DNA from: Nostoc sp. DedSLP01
GTDB taxonomy: Bacteria > Cyanobacteriota > Cyanobacteriia > Cyanobacteriales > Nostocaceae
NCBI GenBank assembly: GCA_034530875.2
Contig: JAVRCJ020000016.1
Location: forward strand, 96,001-160,000
Direction of reading: 5' to 3'
Length of the DNA: 64,000 nt
The first letter of the stretch is position 1. Every line of letters starts with the position of its first letter. Below, in pieces: positions 10,816-21,726 of this stretch. The position numbers were made by a program, and so were the translations under genes. The notes beneath the pieces were generated by a model. That model did not search any database, was not told the DNA's origin, and worked only from the letters and a program-made list of their open reading frames with translations.

Positions 10816-13296
10816 TCAAATCTCTTGTACTCCATCAACTAAACCATCTGAAATTACAAATCCATTGGTAGCAAATCTGGCATCTGTACCTGATAGCTCA
10901 GGGTTAAAATACATAAATTCTACATCACCAATTACAGGCAAAAAATGGTCGGATAATTGCATTGACTGCAAACAAAGATTTATACTAGAAGCTGCTGAAT
11001 TATACGTTTCGATATTTTCTTCAACAACATTCAATAATCGCTGGTTAGCCGCAAGTTTGGCTTCAGCTTCTTGCTCTAGCGTTCTTTCTAAAAATGCACG
11101 CGCTTGTGGGTACTGCTGCAAAATGTCATCTGCTTGTTGTTCCGCCATTGGTAATAACTGAGTTTTCAGAATTTGGTTGATGGTTTGGCGGAAAGATTTG
11201 CGAATAGTTTGGGAAACTTTTGGCTCAAAATCTAATTTTAATAATTGCCTAATTGCTGGTTCTGCTTCAACGATACTTTCAGCGTCGTAAGTTTGGGAAG
11301 TTTGTAATAAAGTCTGGTGAAATTGATATATAGAAAAAGTGCCTTCGTCGTAAAATCTGGGACTTTCACGCACAAAGCGATCGCATTCTACACTAGCTGC
11401 ACTAACTACTGCTTGAGTCACTCGTTTTTCTAAATTTCTAATCTCTTGCTCAATGCCGCCATCATTATCTAATAAACGATACAATTGGCGATAATATTCT
11501 GATTTGCGAATTTTTTCAAGCAACCGTTGGAAAAAGTTGGCAATTATTTGTTGAGAAGATTCGATTAAAATATCTTCTAATTGATTTGCTAAATAATAAA
11601 ATGCCTCAACTAAAATCGCCAATAAAGGTGCAGTAGCATTGCGAGGGTGGCTGATGGTTGCACGTCGATAAGCATAAGCTACAGAAAAAGTATCTAGTAA
11701 CTCATCTAAACGGCGAATCATTCGTGATTGCAGTTGCTTAAAATCTGTTTCAAAAGCATCGCAAGAACTAGTAATTATGAGGTTAGCTTCTTCTGTAATA
11801 TGTTGGTTAAAGTCTTTACCAATTTGCTGGAGTTGCTGATTTAGGCGTTGTAATTCTTGCGCCTTCATTGTTTCAATTTCTTGTGGCTGACTATCTAAAT
11901 TTCGCTGCACTTCCTCGTAATATTTTTTCAGCTTTATACAAATATCTTCCAAGTCATTAGCAAGATTTTTAAATAATTGCGGACGCTTTTCTTCAGTTAA
12001 ATAACGAGTAATGGCTATGCGAAATTCCTCAATTCCACTATCTTCAATTAGCTGTTCTATCAGTTCATTTCCCCAATCTTCCAAAATTCTTACATAATTT
12101 TGATTCGGCGTTTCAAACCCGTTAACAGAAACACGGAATTTTGTGGCAGATAATTTTCCGGAATTTACACAATAGTTGTTAAACGCATAGACAAATTGTG
12201 GCGTTTCTTCTTTACCTTCTAAACTTTTGACGCTTTCCGCAAAAAAAGAATCTAAACCAAATCTATTTGCTCTACTTGTTTGTTTAATTTGACTGCCATA
12301 AAATCCTAATAATCCACTAGTTTTATAAACTCTATTTGTATCCCGAAATTGCCCATTAATTAAATCATCTAATCGTTGTCGTAGCTGAGTATTATACCAA
12401 GTCTCATCGATACGGTTGAAAATATAGAAAACGCGATCGCGTACTCCTCCATTCTGCCGCATTAATTCCAAAAGTTCTGTTTCTTCTTTTGTCATATCGC
12501 CCGCCGAAGCAGGCTTTAGCACGCATACCACCGCCGAAGTATCGGGATGTTGAATTTTGGTGTATGTTAGCTGTGCATCTTTCTCCACTGGTGCATCGAT
12601 GCCAGGAGTATCGATAATTACATTGTCATCTTGTAATAAAGGATGGTTGCAATAATATTCTATCCGCTTCAATACCGCGCTATTACTACCACGACGCGCA
12701 TATCCAGCAGCTTCCTTGAGATTAGAAAAGTTAAACTGCTCCATTGAATATGTAGCATTAGTTACGGTGTGAATGCGATCGCGATTTGCTATATATCCTT
12801 CTAACAACAAGATTAACGCCTTCGCCTGTTTTCCACGTTCTGATTTACTCTCACCACCTTCCTGCTGAACGATCGCTTCGCAACCTTGGCGTAATAAATT
12901 AATGACATCAGGTTGGTTAATATTTGCTACTGTTTTAAATCCTAGTTGCTGACACAAAAAAACTGCCTGTTCTCGAATTTCCGCTTCACTTAAAAAGGTT
13001 AAAACAACGCGTTCCTTATCTAATTCTGCATACTCAATTTTGCACTCTGTACCTGTAGCGTGTCCTTCTGCACTGTATAGTAATTCTCTCTCCAAAAGTG
13101 CATTAATTAACATTGATTTTCCGGCACTAAATGCGCCTGCAAATACAATCTCAAACTTAGGAGAAATCGCTTTATTTAAAGAAGTTTGTACAAATGTAAT
13201 ATCTTGAGAACGTAGGGTTGGTTCTTGTTGGAAAAGTTGTAATATAGACTCGACTTGTTGTTTCAAATTTTTGCACTGAAGAGGCAGATCTGACAT
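10816..13296 (-). CDS. Dynamin-like GTPase
   Basis: GAFSAGKS P-loop, DTPG, NRID, long helical C-terminal region. Confidence 0.85.
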   Translation of the reverse strand: MSDLPLQCKNLKQQVESILQLFQQEPTLRSQDITFVQTSLNKAISPKFEIVFAGAFSAGKSMLINALLERELLYSAEGHATGTECKIEYAELDKERVVLTFLSEAEIREQAVFLCQQLGFKTVANINQPDVINLLRQGCEAIVQQEGGESKSERGKQAKALILLLEGYIANRDRIHTVTNATYSMEQFNFSNLKEAAGYARRGSNSAVLKRIEYYCNHPLLQDDNVIIDTPGIDAPVEKDAQLTYTKIQHPDTSAVVCVLKPASAGDMTKEETELLELMRQNGGVRDRVFYIFNRIDETWYNTQLRQRLDDLINGQFRDTNRVYKTSGLLGFYGSQIKQTSRANRFGLDSFFAESVKSLEGKEETPQFVYAFNNYCVNSGKLSATKFRVSVNGFETPNQNYVRILEDWGNELIEQLIEDSGIEEFRIAITRYLTEEKRPQLFKNLANDLEDICIKLKKYYEEVQRNLDSQPQEIETMKAQELQRLNQQLQQIGKDFNQHITEEANLIITSSCDAFETDFKQLQSRMIRRLDELLDTFSVAYAYRRATISHPRNATAPLLAILVEAFYYLANQLEDILIESSQQIIANFFQRLLEKIRKSEYYRQLYRLLDNDGGIEQEIRNLEKRVTQAVVSAASVECDRFVRESPRFYDEGTFSIYQFHQTLLQTSQTYDAESIVEAEPAIRQLLKLDFEPKVSQTIRKSFRQTINQILKTQLLPMAEQQADDILQQYPQARAFLERTLEQEAEAKLAANQRLLNVVEENIETYNSAASSINLCLQSMQLSDHFLPVIGDVEFMYFNPELSGTDARFATNGFVISDGLVDGVQEI

Positions 13297-13427
13297 AATT
13301 CACGAACCTAATAATATTTATGTATATATTAGTTATATCTATTATCTTAATGGCTCAGTAAAATTCCTGAGAAATTCCTATTGAGTTGCTAGATTTTACC
13401 TAAAATACTAACTAATGGTATTTAATA

Positions 13428-13826
13428 ATGAAAATTTTTGCTATCAGATTAAAACCCCAGAACGATTTAAAAAAAAGCTTAAAGAATTTTGTCGAACAAG
13501 AAGACATTAAAGCAGGGTTTATATTAACTGCCGTTGGTAGCCTAGAAGAAGCAAGAATTCGCTTTGCTAATCAAGCCATTAGTACAGTATTAAGCGAAAA
13601 ATTTGAAATCATTGCTCTCAATGGTACAATAGCAACTACAGGTGTGCATTTGCATATCGCTATTTCCGATGGAGAAGGCAAAACTATCGGCGGACATCTT
13701 GACTATGGATGCATTATCTATACAACTGCTGAAATAGTCATTGGTGCGAGTGAGGAATTTATTTTTAATAGAACTTTTGACCGACAAACAGGTTACCAAG
13801 AACTAGAAATTATCCGCGATTGTTAA
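13428..13826 (+). CDS. PPC/DUF296 domain protein
   Basis: AVGSL, FEIIALNG, HLHIAISD, GGHL. Confidence 0.9.
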   Translation: MKIFAIRLKPQNDLKKSLKNFVEQEDIKAGFILTAVGSLEEARIRFANQAISTVLSEKFEIIALNGTIATTGVHLHIAISDGEGKTIGGHLDYGCIIYTTAEIVIGASEEFIFNRTFDRQTGYQELEIIRDC

Positions 13827-13952
13827 TACAGCAGTAAATAGGGAATAGGGTTAAAATGCCAAATTTACGACTATTTAATTAGTCTTACAGCTAGAGTAAA
13901 ACAAAATCTTTAAGCAAAAGACATTTTACGTCAGTACTGTTGTTAGACAAAA

Positions 13953-14082
13953 TATAGGAATCATATTTGATTTGGTGAAAAAATGACTTACACATTGAAA
14001 AGCCGAATTCCCTACTCCCTACTCCCCATTCCCTACTCCCTACCTACACAAATAATTTCAAGAATCAAACCGGATTTCTATA
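13953..14082. mobile_element. MITE-like element, TATAGGAATC terminal-inverted-repeat family
   Basis: Ends TATAGGAATCATATTTGATT / AATCAAACCGGATTTCTATA; internal CCCTACT repeats; related copies elsewhere in the window. Confidence 0.75.
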
Positions 14083-14097
14083 CAAATATCATCTGTT

Positions 14098-14502
14098 ATG
14101 CAACCTTCTCTACCTCTTGATAGCTTACATATTCTCGTAGTAGAAGATGATGATGATATTCGAGCCTTTGTTACCACAGTATTGGAAGCAGATGGAGCTA
14201 CCGTTGTAGCAGTTCCATCAGCAGCTGCGGCAATGGAAATTTTACCGCAATTGCAACCTGATATCTTAATTTCTGATATAGGTATGCCTGGGGAAGATGG
14301 CTACACCTTGATCCGAAAAATACGTGCGCTCAAACCAGATATGGGTGGAAAAGTCCCAGCTATTGCTTTAACTGCTTATGGCGATAGCGAGACTCGTATT
14401 CGTGCTTTAGAAGCTGGCTTTCAGACTCATGTATCTAAACCAATCTTTCCAGAAGAACTAGTTGAGATTGTCGCTGATTTGTTTGGTTCTTGTAATTGGT
14501 AA
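14098..14502 (+). CDS. Single-domain response regulator
   Basis: VVEDD, ISDIGMP, ALTA, KP receiver motifs. Confidence 0.9.
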   Translation: MQPSLPLDSLHILVVEDDDDIRAFVTTVLEADGATVVAVPSAAAAMEILPQLQPDILISDIGMPGEDGYTLIRKIRALKPDMGGKVPAIALTAYGDSETRIRALEAGFQTHVSKPIFPEELVEIVADLFGSCNW

Positions 14503-14514
14503 TCGCTCGTATTT

Positions 14515-15498
14515 TTACCTCTTATTAGGTACTAGTACAGGCAATTTCCGAATACCCGCTACCGTCCTAGCGTGTTCTCCAACAGTCAAAACATTGAACT
14601 GAGTCGATATCATTTCTAAACTTTTATTCACCACTGCCAGCTTTTTGTAAGTGGGGACATCCATACCTGGAAAAAATGATAATTCTGGCACATCTTCTTG
14701 ACTTAAAAAGTCTGTGGGATGGAGTAGTAAAGAAGGCTGCGTGCGTGTAAGTTTACACAGCCACAAAGCAATTCTCAAGTAAAGTAATGCCAAACCGCTA
14801 GAAAATCTAGTCAGATACATGATGTAGCTGAAATGAATTGGCACTTTAAAAATTGGCATGGTGCTAACAGGAATTTCAGTCAATCTATCCTCACCCATTT
14901 TCCACTGGTAAGGGTTGAGAGGCTGCAAACCGTCTTTGAAACTGCCGAATAAAGCTTCGCGTTTTTTGCGTTCTTCTTTGCTCAGTTTACAAGTCATCAA
15001 ATAATAAGCTCGTGCTACCGGCCCCAAAATTGTGGGAAAAGTGGAAGCATCATATTCATACCCGCGTCGCGCTAAAACTTTCAACACTGCTGGAGAAAAA
15101 CTGTATCCAGGGCCTCGAAAGCCTACAGGTTGTTGACGAGTGACGCGCTTGATATGTTCTTCAGCCATAGCCACTTCTTCTTCTATCTCACTTTCAGAAT
15201 ACAGATGCAGCCAGGGAGAGTGATAGAATGAATGGTTACCGATTTCGTGACCGGCGTTGGCGATCGCTTGTATTGCCTTGTGGTTCTTTTCCAAGGCTGC
15301 ATCTTGACCAACGATGAATACTGTAATTTTCAAATTCCATTGCTCGAGAATTTCTAAAAAACGCGGTACTGCAATATCTAAGTAAGAAGGGAAAGTCTCC
15401 CAACCCTGAGCGCCTTGATTTTTCAGATACGACCAAATATTATCTAAATCTAAAGAAAGACTCGCTATTGGTTTATTTGCTTTACCTTTGTTTTTCAT
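14515..15498 (-). CDS. Polysaccharide deacetylase family protein
   Basis: SLDLD, HEIGNHS..H, GFRGPG, LLLHP. Confidence 0.85.
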   Translation of the reverse strand: MKNKGKANKPIASLSLDLDNIWSYLKNQGAQGWETFPSYLDIAVPRFLEILEQWNLKITVFIVGQDAALEKNHKAIQAIANAGHEIGNHSFYHSPWLHLYSESEIEEEVAMAEEHIKRVTRQQPVGFRGPGYSFSPAVLKVLARRGYEYDASTFPTILGPVARAYYLMTCKLSKEERKKREALFGSFKDGLQPLNPYQWKMGEDRLTEIPVSTMPIFKVPIHFSYIMYLTRFSSGLALLYLRIALWLCKLTRTQPSLLLHPTDFLSQEDVPELSFFPGMDVPTYKKLAVVNKSLEMISTQFNVLTVGEHARTVAGIRKLPVLVPNKR

Positions 15499-15732
15499 TA
15501 TCTAGTTCAAGTATTTGACAATTTCAAAATAAAGAGTGAGTTTAAAAGCAACATTTTTTTAATTGCTGGCAATTAATATATCATAAAAAAGAAGTATTTA
15601 AACCTATATAAGTAAGTCTTAGCGATTCCTTGAATTTAGAATCAGATTTTTATAACTTAATTTCACAATGTAGCTTAGTTTGTACTTGATGGGCGATCGC
15701 CGCAAATAATCTCCACCACAAAGGAGTTCATC

Positions 15733-15834
15733 ATGACCACAATACGTACTCAATAAATGGGAATTGTCACCACTACCATCACTGTCTCAAATTTGGTCGA
15801 TCAAATTTTGGTAGAACGAGGTTTAATTTTGTAA
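15733..15834 (+). pseudogene. 5' remnant of a clan AA aspartyl-protease-like gene
   Basis: RBS AAGGAG, then MTTIRTQ*MGIVTTTITVSNLVDQILVERGLIL*, resembling the N-terminus of cyanobacterial aspartyl proteases. Confidence 0.5.
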
Positions 15835-15854
15835 ATTGAGCGATTCTATTTATT

Positions 15855-16190
15855 TCAACCAGTAGCATATTCTGTGAGCGATCGCATCCAAACTGAATGA
15901 AATCCAATGACAATATCTTGGTTTGGTACTCCGAGTTTAACTAACTCTTCAGCAAAATCAATTTCTGTACCATTATACTGAAGCCAAATTTTGCCATCTT
16001 TGATATCAAAATGTAAAACGCATCCATATACGCGACGACGATTGTCCCAACCAACATTAACTAACTGGTAATGGTCATGCTCAATATTGAAAACCAGTTG
16101 TCTTTCTACATCAGCCTTACTTGCTCCAGTGTTGGCATAATCTACAATCATTTTTTTGAGTAAATTTCGGTATTTTTATAACTTATCCAT
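15855..16190 (-). pseudogene. xisI: XisI family gene with a nonsense codon at position 5
   Basis: MDKL*KYRNLLKKMIVDYA...HDHYQLVNVGW...HFDIKDGKIWLQYNGTE...IVIGFH. Confidence 0.85.
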
Positions 16191-16224
16191 TGTTCAATTA
16201 ACTCCAATTCTGGGTCGTAAATTT
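16180..16224 (-). pseudogene. xisH: C-terminal remnant of xisH
   Basis: IYDPELELIEQWIS overlaps the xisI start, as in typical xisH/xisI coupling. Confidence 0.6.
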
Positions 16225-16851
16225 TTATGTCGCAAGTATACCTAATATTACTCGTAATAAATCTTCTAAACCTTCAGGAACCCGATAAAGTTTGATATCT
16301 TCTGTAACTAGCTTTTGTTCTCTATTAAGAGTACCAAATTTCCAATCATCGCCGTTAGTAACAGCCCCATATAAAATAGGGGATTGATTATCTAAATATT
16401 TATCCAGAGCGATTAATTCTACTGCTAGTTGTGTAAATCCCCTTCTGATATCTGATTGTTTAGCTTCAATTATTAATAAGCAGTTAGATTTATATAAGTA
16501 ATAATCTAAAGTTACTTTGAGTTTTTCATCTACATTCAGAGGATACTCACTATATAGTTGAGCTTTTGTCTGGTCGCAAATTTCAGCAAGGATAGGAGCA
16601 ATCAGAAATTCTCTAATTGATATTTCTGCTACAGGATTAAAAAGTCTGATATTACGTTGTAAATATCCTTGCAAAAACTCTAAATATTGAATTTCATCGG
16701 GATACCTGAACAAATCCAAATTTGTACGCTGATAGCTGTACTCAAATTCAGCCAAAATCTCTGCTGTAGGGTTAGTTAGTTGAAAATATTGGCTGAAAGT
16801 ATAGCTTTGGTCTGGTTTTAAAATTTTATATTTGCTCATGACAGCAGACAA
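16225..16851 (-). CDS. Hypothetical protein, PD-(D/E)xK restriction-endonuclease-like
   Basis: LDY...IIEAK...GFTQL..ELIA...YGAVTNG..WKF pattern. Confidence 0.7.
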   Translation of the reverse strand: MSAVMSKYKILKPDQSYTFSQYFQLTNPTAEILAEFEYSYQRTNLDLFRYPDEIQYLEFLQGYLQRNIRLFNPVAEISIREFLIAPILAEICDQTKAQLYSEYPLNVDEKLKVTLDYYLYKSNCLLIIEAKQSDIRRGFTQLAVELIALDKYLDNQSPILYGAVTNGDDWKFGTLNREQKLVTEDIKLYRVPEGLEDLLRVILGILAT

Positions 16852-16865
16852 GAATACTATTAGTA

Positions 16866-18428
16866 TTAACTCTGGATTTCTTCATCACGTTCAACTACCT
16901 CAGCTTGATTTTGTAATGGCTTGACTACTCGGGCGATCGCTTCTTGAATAAAAGCTTTAATAAATTCATCTCTGCGATTAATTTGAAACTGTCGCTGTAC
17001 AACTTCTGTCATGCCGCCATCACCCCAATCTTGGTCGTGACGGAAATATTCAATAAAGCTTTTTCCAGCAATTCGCGTTAAATAAGCGGCGGTGACACCT
17101 TGAATTGCTCTCCCAATAATAAAGGTGGCAACATTAAGTTGCAAAGCTGTAGATAATAATTGAATTGCTCCTTTAACAATGCCCAAACTGGCGATGGTTT
17201 TTGCTAAAGAAAGGGCTAATTCTCGTCCCCTTTCCATATTCAATTCACAGCCATATACTCGACCAATTTCTACGACCATTTGAGCATTGACAGCCGCAGT
17301 TGCTAATAAATCTACTACTGGTACAGGCGTAACTGAGACAACACCAGCACCAATCCATTGAAACCGTTCTACGATTTTGTCAGCTTGGCGGCGGCGCTGG
17401 CCGTCGATAAGTTTTCGCGCTTCGTCACCCAATCGCAGAGATTGTAAAAGGATGTTATCTGCTACCAAATCTTCACCTTCGGCGCGTAAAATTGCAGCCA
17501 TACGCCGCAACAAAGGAACGATATCTGGTTCTGGCTGGAAGGTTTCGCCAGTTTCTAGTTGTGCAGTTTGGGGATTAGCAGCGATCGCTACTACATCATT
17601 AGTAGCAATAAATCCCCGCACCCGCTGACGCAACCTAGCAAGGATGGCTTCTTTATCTTCATCTGTATATAAATCAGTTTTGTTGAGAACTAAAAGCGAT
17701 CGCTTACCAATTTCTGCTAATCCCCGTAGCGGTTCATATTCCGAACGCCGTAAATCGTTATCCACCACAAACAACAGTAAATCTGCTTCCGTCGCTAGTT
17801 CTCGCGCCATTTGTTCGCGTTCCGTCCCCGCCACACCAGCTTCTAAAATTCCCGGCGTATCCGTAATTAAAATTTTGCGTTCTAATCCCTTCAACCGCAG
17901 ACAATAAGTTTCCCCAACTTGGGTTGTACCCATCGGCGCATCCACTTGGCCTACCATGCGTCCCATGATGGCGTTTACAAGGGAAGTTTTACCAGCACTG
18001 CCGGTACCAAATACCACCACTTGAATTTCACCCCGTGCGAGATTGGCTTCAATCTCGCGGGATTTACTTAATAAAGCTTGACGTGCGACTTCATCTTGAA
18101 TTTGGGCTACCTGTTGGCGCACAGCTTGTAAAGTTGTAGAAGCCGCATCAGATTTGCCGGCGGGAATTTGCGCGGGAGTGACGCGAGAACGATTGCGGCG
18201 CGATCGCTTTTCGCCAGCTTGAAGCACTAGGACATAATAAACAAAAGCCGCAACCAACCCTCCAATCAGCACAATCAGCAGCAACAGCAGCAAATTCCCT
18301 AACAACGGCGAATAAGACAATTGCCAATAAAGCCGCGATAGCGAATCAATTAGCCATAAAGCTAGCCCCAAAATGACGATTAGACCGACAATCAGCGTTA
18401 CGATGCGTGACAGAGGCATGGCTGGCAA
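16866..18428 (-). CDS. GTP-binding DUF697/YcjF-type membrane protein
   Basis: Two N-terminal TM helices, GTGSAGKTS, DTPG, NKTD. Confidence 0.85.
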   Translation of the reverse strand: MPAMPLSRIVTLIVGLIVILGLALWLIDSLSRLYWQLSYSPLLGNLLLLLLIVLIGGLVAAFVYYVLVLQAGEKRSRRNRSRVTPAQIPAGKSDAASTTLQAVRQQVAQIQDEVARQALLSKSREIEANLARGEIQVVVFGTGSAGKTSLVNAIMGRMVGQVDAPMGTTQVGETYCLRLKGLERKILITDTPGILEAGVAGTEREQMARELATEADLLLFVVDNDLRRSEYEPLRGLAEIGKRSLLVLNKTDLYTDEDKEAILARLRQRVRGFIATNDVVAIAANPQTAQLETGETFQPEPDIVPLLRRMAAILRAEGEDLVADNILLQSLRLGDEARKLIDGQRRRQADKIVERFQWIGAGVVSVTPVPVVDLLATAAVNAQMVVEIGRVYGCELNMERGRELALSLAKTIASLGIVKGAIQLLSTALQLNVATFIIGRAIQGVTAAYLTRIAGKSFIEYFRHDQDWGDGGMTEVVQRQFQINRRDEFIKAFIQEAIARVVKPLQNQAEVVERDEEIQS

Positions 18429-18587
18429 GGATTAGTGGTATGAAGTAGGCACATGCTTCTCATCTTAATAGTTTCAGTATTTTTTATCAGAGTAGCAAGC
18501 AAATAAAAAGTTAAAAATACCTCTACACCCTGGCAACATCTTTCAAACTAGAATTAATTCTACTAACTCCCTAACCGAGAGGCGACG

Positions 18588-18839
18588 ATGCACATCCTAT
18601 CCCTTCATTATCCTGATGACTTACTCATTACCTCCGGAAAATCACCGCAAGCATTAGAAGCAGAACTCACATTTTTACTTGCAGTTAAACTATTTGAACT
18701 ACGCCGGCTATCCCTTGGTAAGGCAGCTGCCTTTTGTAACATGAACAAACCCCAATTCATGTACGAACTAGGGCGGTTGCAAATCCCTGTTATCAACCTA
18801 GATGATGACCAAATCGCCGACGAATTGCGCGATGATTAA
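18588..18839 (+). CDS. UPF0175 family putative antitoxin
   Basis: LAVKLFE..RLSLGKAA..C; overlaps the downstream PIN gene. Confidence 0.85.
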   Translation: MHILSLHYPDDLLITSGKSPQALEAELTFLLAVKLFELRRLSLGKAAAFCNMNKPQFMYELGRLQIPVINLDDDQIADELRDD

Positions 18840-19329
18840 CTCTGTTATTGTTGCCGATAGTAGCCCTCTCATCTCCTTGTCAATCATCGGGCAACTAGAA
18901 CTTCTACCCCAACTGTATCAACGGATATTAATTCCCCCAGCCGTATGGGACGAAGTAACAGTGCAAGGTGTAGGTTTACCTGGCGCACAAGCCGTTAGTC
19001 AATTAACTTGGTTAGAAATTCAAATTCCTGAAGCCCTTATATTACAACCGTTATCAATTCTAGTCGATCGCGGTGAGGCTGAAGCTATTGCTTTGGCTCA
19101 GTCCACTCGAGATAGTACGGTACTTTTAGATGATGCTCAAGCACGACGGGTTGCAGAACGGTTAGGAATTCGCCGAATAGGTACTCTTGGCATTTTACGT
19201 AAGGCGAAAAAAGCAGGCTTGATTGTTGAGGTTAAAGCATACATTGAACAGTTATGCAGCAATGGAATTTATATCCGACCTAGCCTCATTGATGCAATAT
19301 TACGGGATGTCGGCGAAATAGATTTTTGA
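18832..19329 (+). CDS. DUF3368 / PIN-domain putative toxin
   Basis: VADSSPLI, DRGEAEAIALA, LLDD..AR, GTLGIL; ATG at 18832. Confidence 0.85.
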   Translation: MINSVIVADSSPLISLSIIGQLELLPQLYQRILIPPAVWDEVTVQGVGLPGAQAVSQLTWLEIQIPEALILQPLSILVDRGEAEAIALAQSTRDSTVLLDDAQARRVAERLGIRRIGTLGILRKAKKAGLIVEVKAYIEQLCSNGIYIRPSLIDAILRDVGEIDF

Positions 19330-19347
19330 CCTTCAGAACAACTTTCA

Positions 19348-19490
19348 GTTATATCTTGCACCAGGCGACTGGAAGTCGCGGCTACACAGGCAAAACCCGC
19401 CTGCGCGGGTTGAAAGCCTTAGTCCACGCAGGCGAACTTTGTTTGTATAGCCGCGATTTCTAATCGCCAGGGCTAAGTGCAAGATGTAAG
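19348..19490. mobile_element. Palindromic MITE/REP-like element
   Basis: Ends TTATATCTTGCAC / GTGCAAGATGTAAG; internal inverted arms GGCGACT..AAGTCGCGGCTA / TAGCCGCGATTT..AATCGCC. Confidence 0.7.
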
Positions 19491-19572
19491 TTGACCTTCT
19501 GAGGTTCAACTTTGACCTTCTGAGGCTCAACTTTGACCTTCTGAGGCTCAACTTTGACCTTCTGAGGCTCAA
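19491..19572. repeat. 21-bp tandem repeat, about 4 copies
   Basis: (TTGACCTTCTGAGGCTCAACT)n with no spacers. Confidence 0.9.
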
Positions 19573-19841
19573 ACATAACTTTGTAATATTATTAACAAAA
19601 ATTTTGCAATACATGTATTGAGTTTAAGAGCAGACATCTGTACATCCCTACTTTATACTTTCAGTATTTTTGACCAGGGTAAAAAAAACAACTTCTGGTA
19701 AACTAATAGCGCATTTTGTATCAAATTTGCTTTCACTCACCGCATTTCTCCGAAGTTCTGTTTGCAAAAGCTGACGCTGGTGATTTCTGTGTTTATCTTT
19801 CTACTTCCCACTCTCTAGCTAATTCAACAGCGAGTTACACC

Positions 19842-21572
19842 ATGACTGCAACACCTAAAGTAAGATACTCTAACTGGGTTAAACGAGTGTTCTACCAGCT
19901 GAGTATTCGACAAAAAATCGTTTGTGGGTATGGACTATCTTTAGGAATTGGAGTTTTGGGAACGACAGCAGGGTTGGTAATAGGCGATCGCTATTTCCAA
20001 CAAGCTAGAGAACAAATGGTCTTGGCAAATGACGAAGGAAGCTTGTTAAGTAGTTTGCAAGGAGAACTGTTAGAAATACAGGTTCGCCAGAAAGAGATAG
20101 TGCCTTTTTTACAACAGCCACAAGCCTTGCAAAGAGGAATTTCTAATTTTAAGACTGATTTAGCCGAAGCCGAAACATTACTTGCTCAGGCAGAAGAATT
20201 TAGTCAAACTCATTCCCAAGGAGATTTACACCTTCTGCTGCTCAAGTATGATAATTCGATAAGCATATATTTTGAGCAACTGAGGTCGCTAATTCGGCAA
20301 ATTATACCATTAACTTCGCAGCCACAGGGAGCATTAAAAGCGCAGGAATTAATCTCGAACTTCAGTCAAAGTCAAGATGCTTTGAAGTTTTATCAATTTG
20401 CCCATGAATTAACTGACTTTGCTAAAACAGTTCGAGAAAGTCAAGAAAAAGCTGATATAATTCAAGATAAAGCTGCATTAATACAAGCTCAGATTATTAT
20501 TGGTAGTATCTTATTGTCAGCGGCGATCGCAGCTATCCTTGCGTTGTATACAAGTCATGTTATCGCTCGTCCCCTAAACGAAGTCACAAATATTGCGAAA
20601 AGAGTTACCAAAGAAGCAAATTTTGATTTGCAAGCACCTGTAACTACAGAAGATGAAGTCGGTGCATTAGCTAATACTTTGAATCAGCTAATTCAACAGG
20701 TAAAGCAACTTTTAGCAGAACAAGAAGCCGAGCATCAAGCAAGGCTAATTCAAAGCGAGAAAATGTCTAGTTTAGGACGAATGTTAGCTGGCGTTGCTCA
20801 TGAAATTAATAATCCCATAAATTTCATTTCTGGGAATCTCGTACATGCAAAAACTTATACTGACGATTTGTTAACGCTATTGCAAACATATCAAACTGAA
20901 GTGACTCACACTTCGCCTGTTTTGGAAGAATTAGCAGAAGAAATTGATTTGGAGTTTCTATTACAAGACTTACCAAAACTCTTTAACTCAATGAAAGTTG
21001 GTGCTGACCGCACCCGAGAAATTATCCGTAGTTTAAAAGATTTCTCTCGTTTAGATGAAGGGGAACCGCAGGCAGTAGATTTACACGCTTGTTTAGATAG
21101 TACGCTATTAATTTTGAATAATCGCCTGAAAAATGGTATTAACCTTGTTCGTAATTATGGAGAAATTCCCCCAATTCCAGGTTATACAGGTTTACTTTAT
21201 CAGGTATTTATGAATCTTCTGAGCAATGCTATCGATGCTGTGCAGGAAAAAGCAGAGCAGAATCCAGAATTTTCACCTCAAATCACTATTATCACAGAAC
21301 GCTGTCAAAATGATTGGGCGATCGTCAGAATTGCTGATAACGGTTGTGGAATTTCGCCAGAAAATCTACATAAAATATTTGAAACATTTTTTACTACCAA
21401 ACCGCGGGGTATTGGTACTGGTTTGGGGCTAGCGATCGCATATCAAATTGTGGTAGAAAAACATCACGGTAAAATTTCCTGTGAGTCTGAGTTAGAGCAA
21501 GGTACAGAGTTTGCTATTACTCTGCCAATTTCTCAGAACTCAGCTAATAACACAGCAGCGATTATTGCATAA
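19842..21572 (+). CDS. HAMP-domain sensor histidine kinase
   Basis: Two TM segments, HAMP (DEVGALA), AHEINNP, GTGLGL; probable start ATG 19842. Confidence 0.9.
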   Translation: MTATPKVRYSNWVKRVFYQLSIRQKIVCGYGLSLGIGVLGTTAGLVIGDRYFQQAREQMVLANDEGSLLSSLQGELLEIQVRQKEIVPFLQQPQALQRGISNFKTDLAEAETLLAQAEEFSQTHSQGDLHLLLLKYDNSISIYFEQLRSLIRQIIPLTSQPQGALKAQELISNFSQSQDALKFYQFAHELTDFAKTVRESQEKADIIQDKAALIQAQIIIGSILLSAAIAAILALYTSHVIARPLNEVTNIAKRVTKEANFDLQAPVTTEDEVGALANTLNQLIQQVKQLLAEQEAEHQARLIQSEKMSSLGRMLAGVAHEINNPINFISGNLVHAKTYTDDLLTLLQTYQTEVTHTSPVLEELAEEIDLEFLLQDLPKLFNSMKVGADRTREIIRSLKDFSRLDEGEPQAVDLHACLDSTLLILNNRLKNGINLVRNYGEIPPIPGYTGLLYQVFMNLLSNAIDAVQEKAEQNPEFSPQITIITERCQNDWAIVRIADNGCGISPENLHKIFETFFTTKPRGIGTGLGLAIAYQIVVEKHHGKISCESELEQGTEFAITLPISQNSANNTAAIIA

Positions 21573-21613
21573 TATTCAACATCTGGTAAAACTAATTCTG
21601 CATTACCCGAAAT

Positions 21614-21650
21614 TCATGTAGAGACGTAGCACTGCTACGTCTCTACATGA
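21614..21650. repeat. Perfect palindrome (REP-like)
   Basis: TCATGTAGAGACGTAGCA-C-TGCTACGTCTCTACATGA. Confidence 0.85.
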
Positions 21651-21726
21651 TTCCGCCTTGGGATACTAGCTTTTGGCAGATGATTTTTTGATAACGATCG
21701 GCAGCAAAAACAAAGGAAAAAAATTT

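Noticed and set aside
15855..16224. Heterocyst excision element (fdxN-type)
   Set aside because: No recombinase or interrupted host gene in the window; xisH/xisI homologs are often dispersed.
19491..19572. Possible CRISPR array
   Set aside because: The 21-bp units are contiguous with no unique spacers, and no cas genes lie nearby.
19345..19614. 89-aa ORF with SLRRSKL repeats
   Set aside because: It is a translation of the tandem repeat and the palindromic element.
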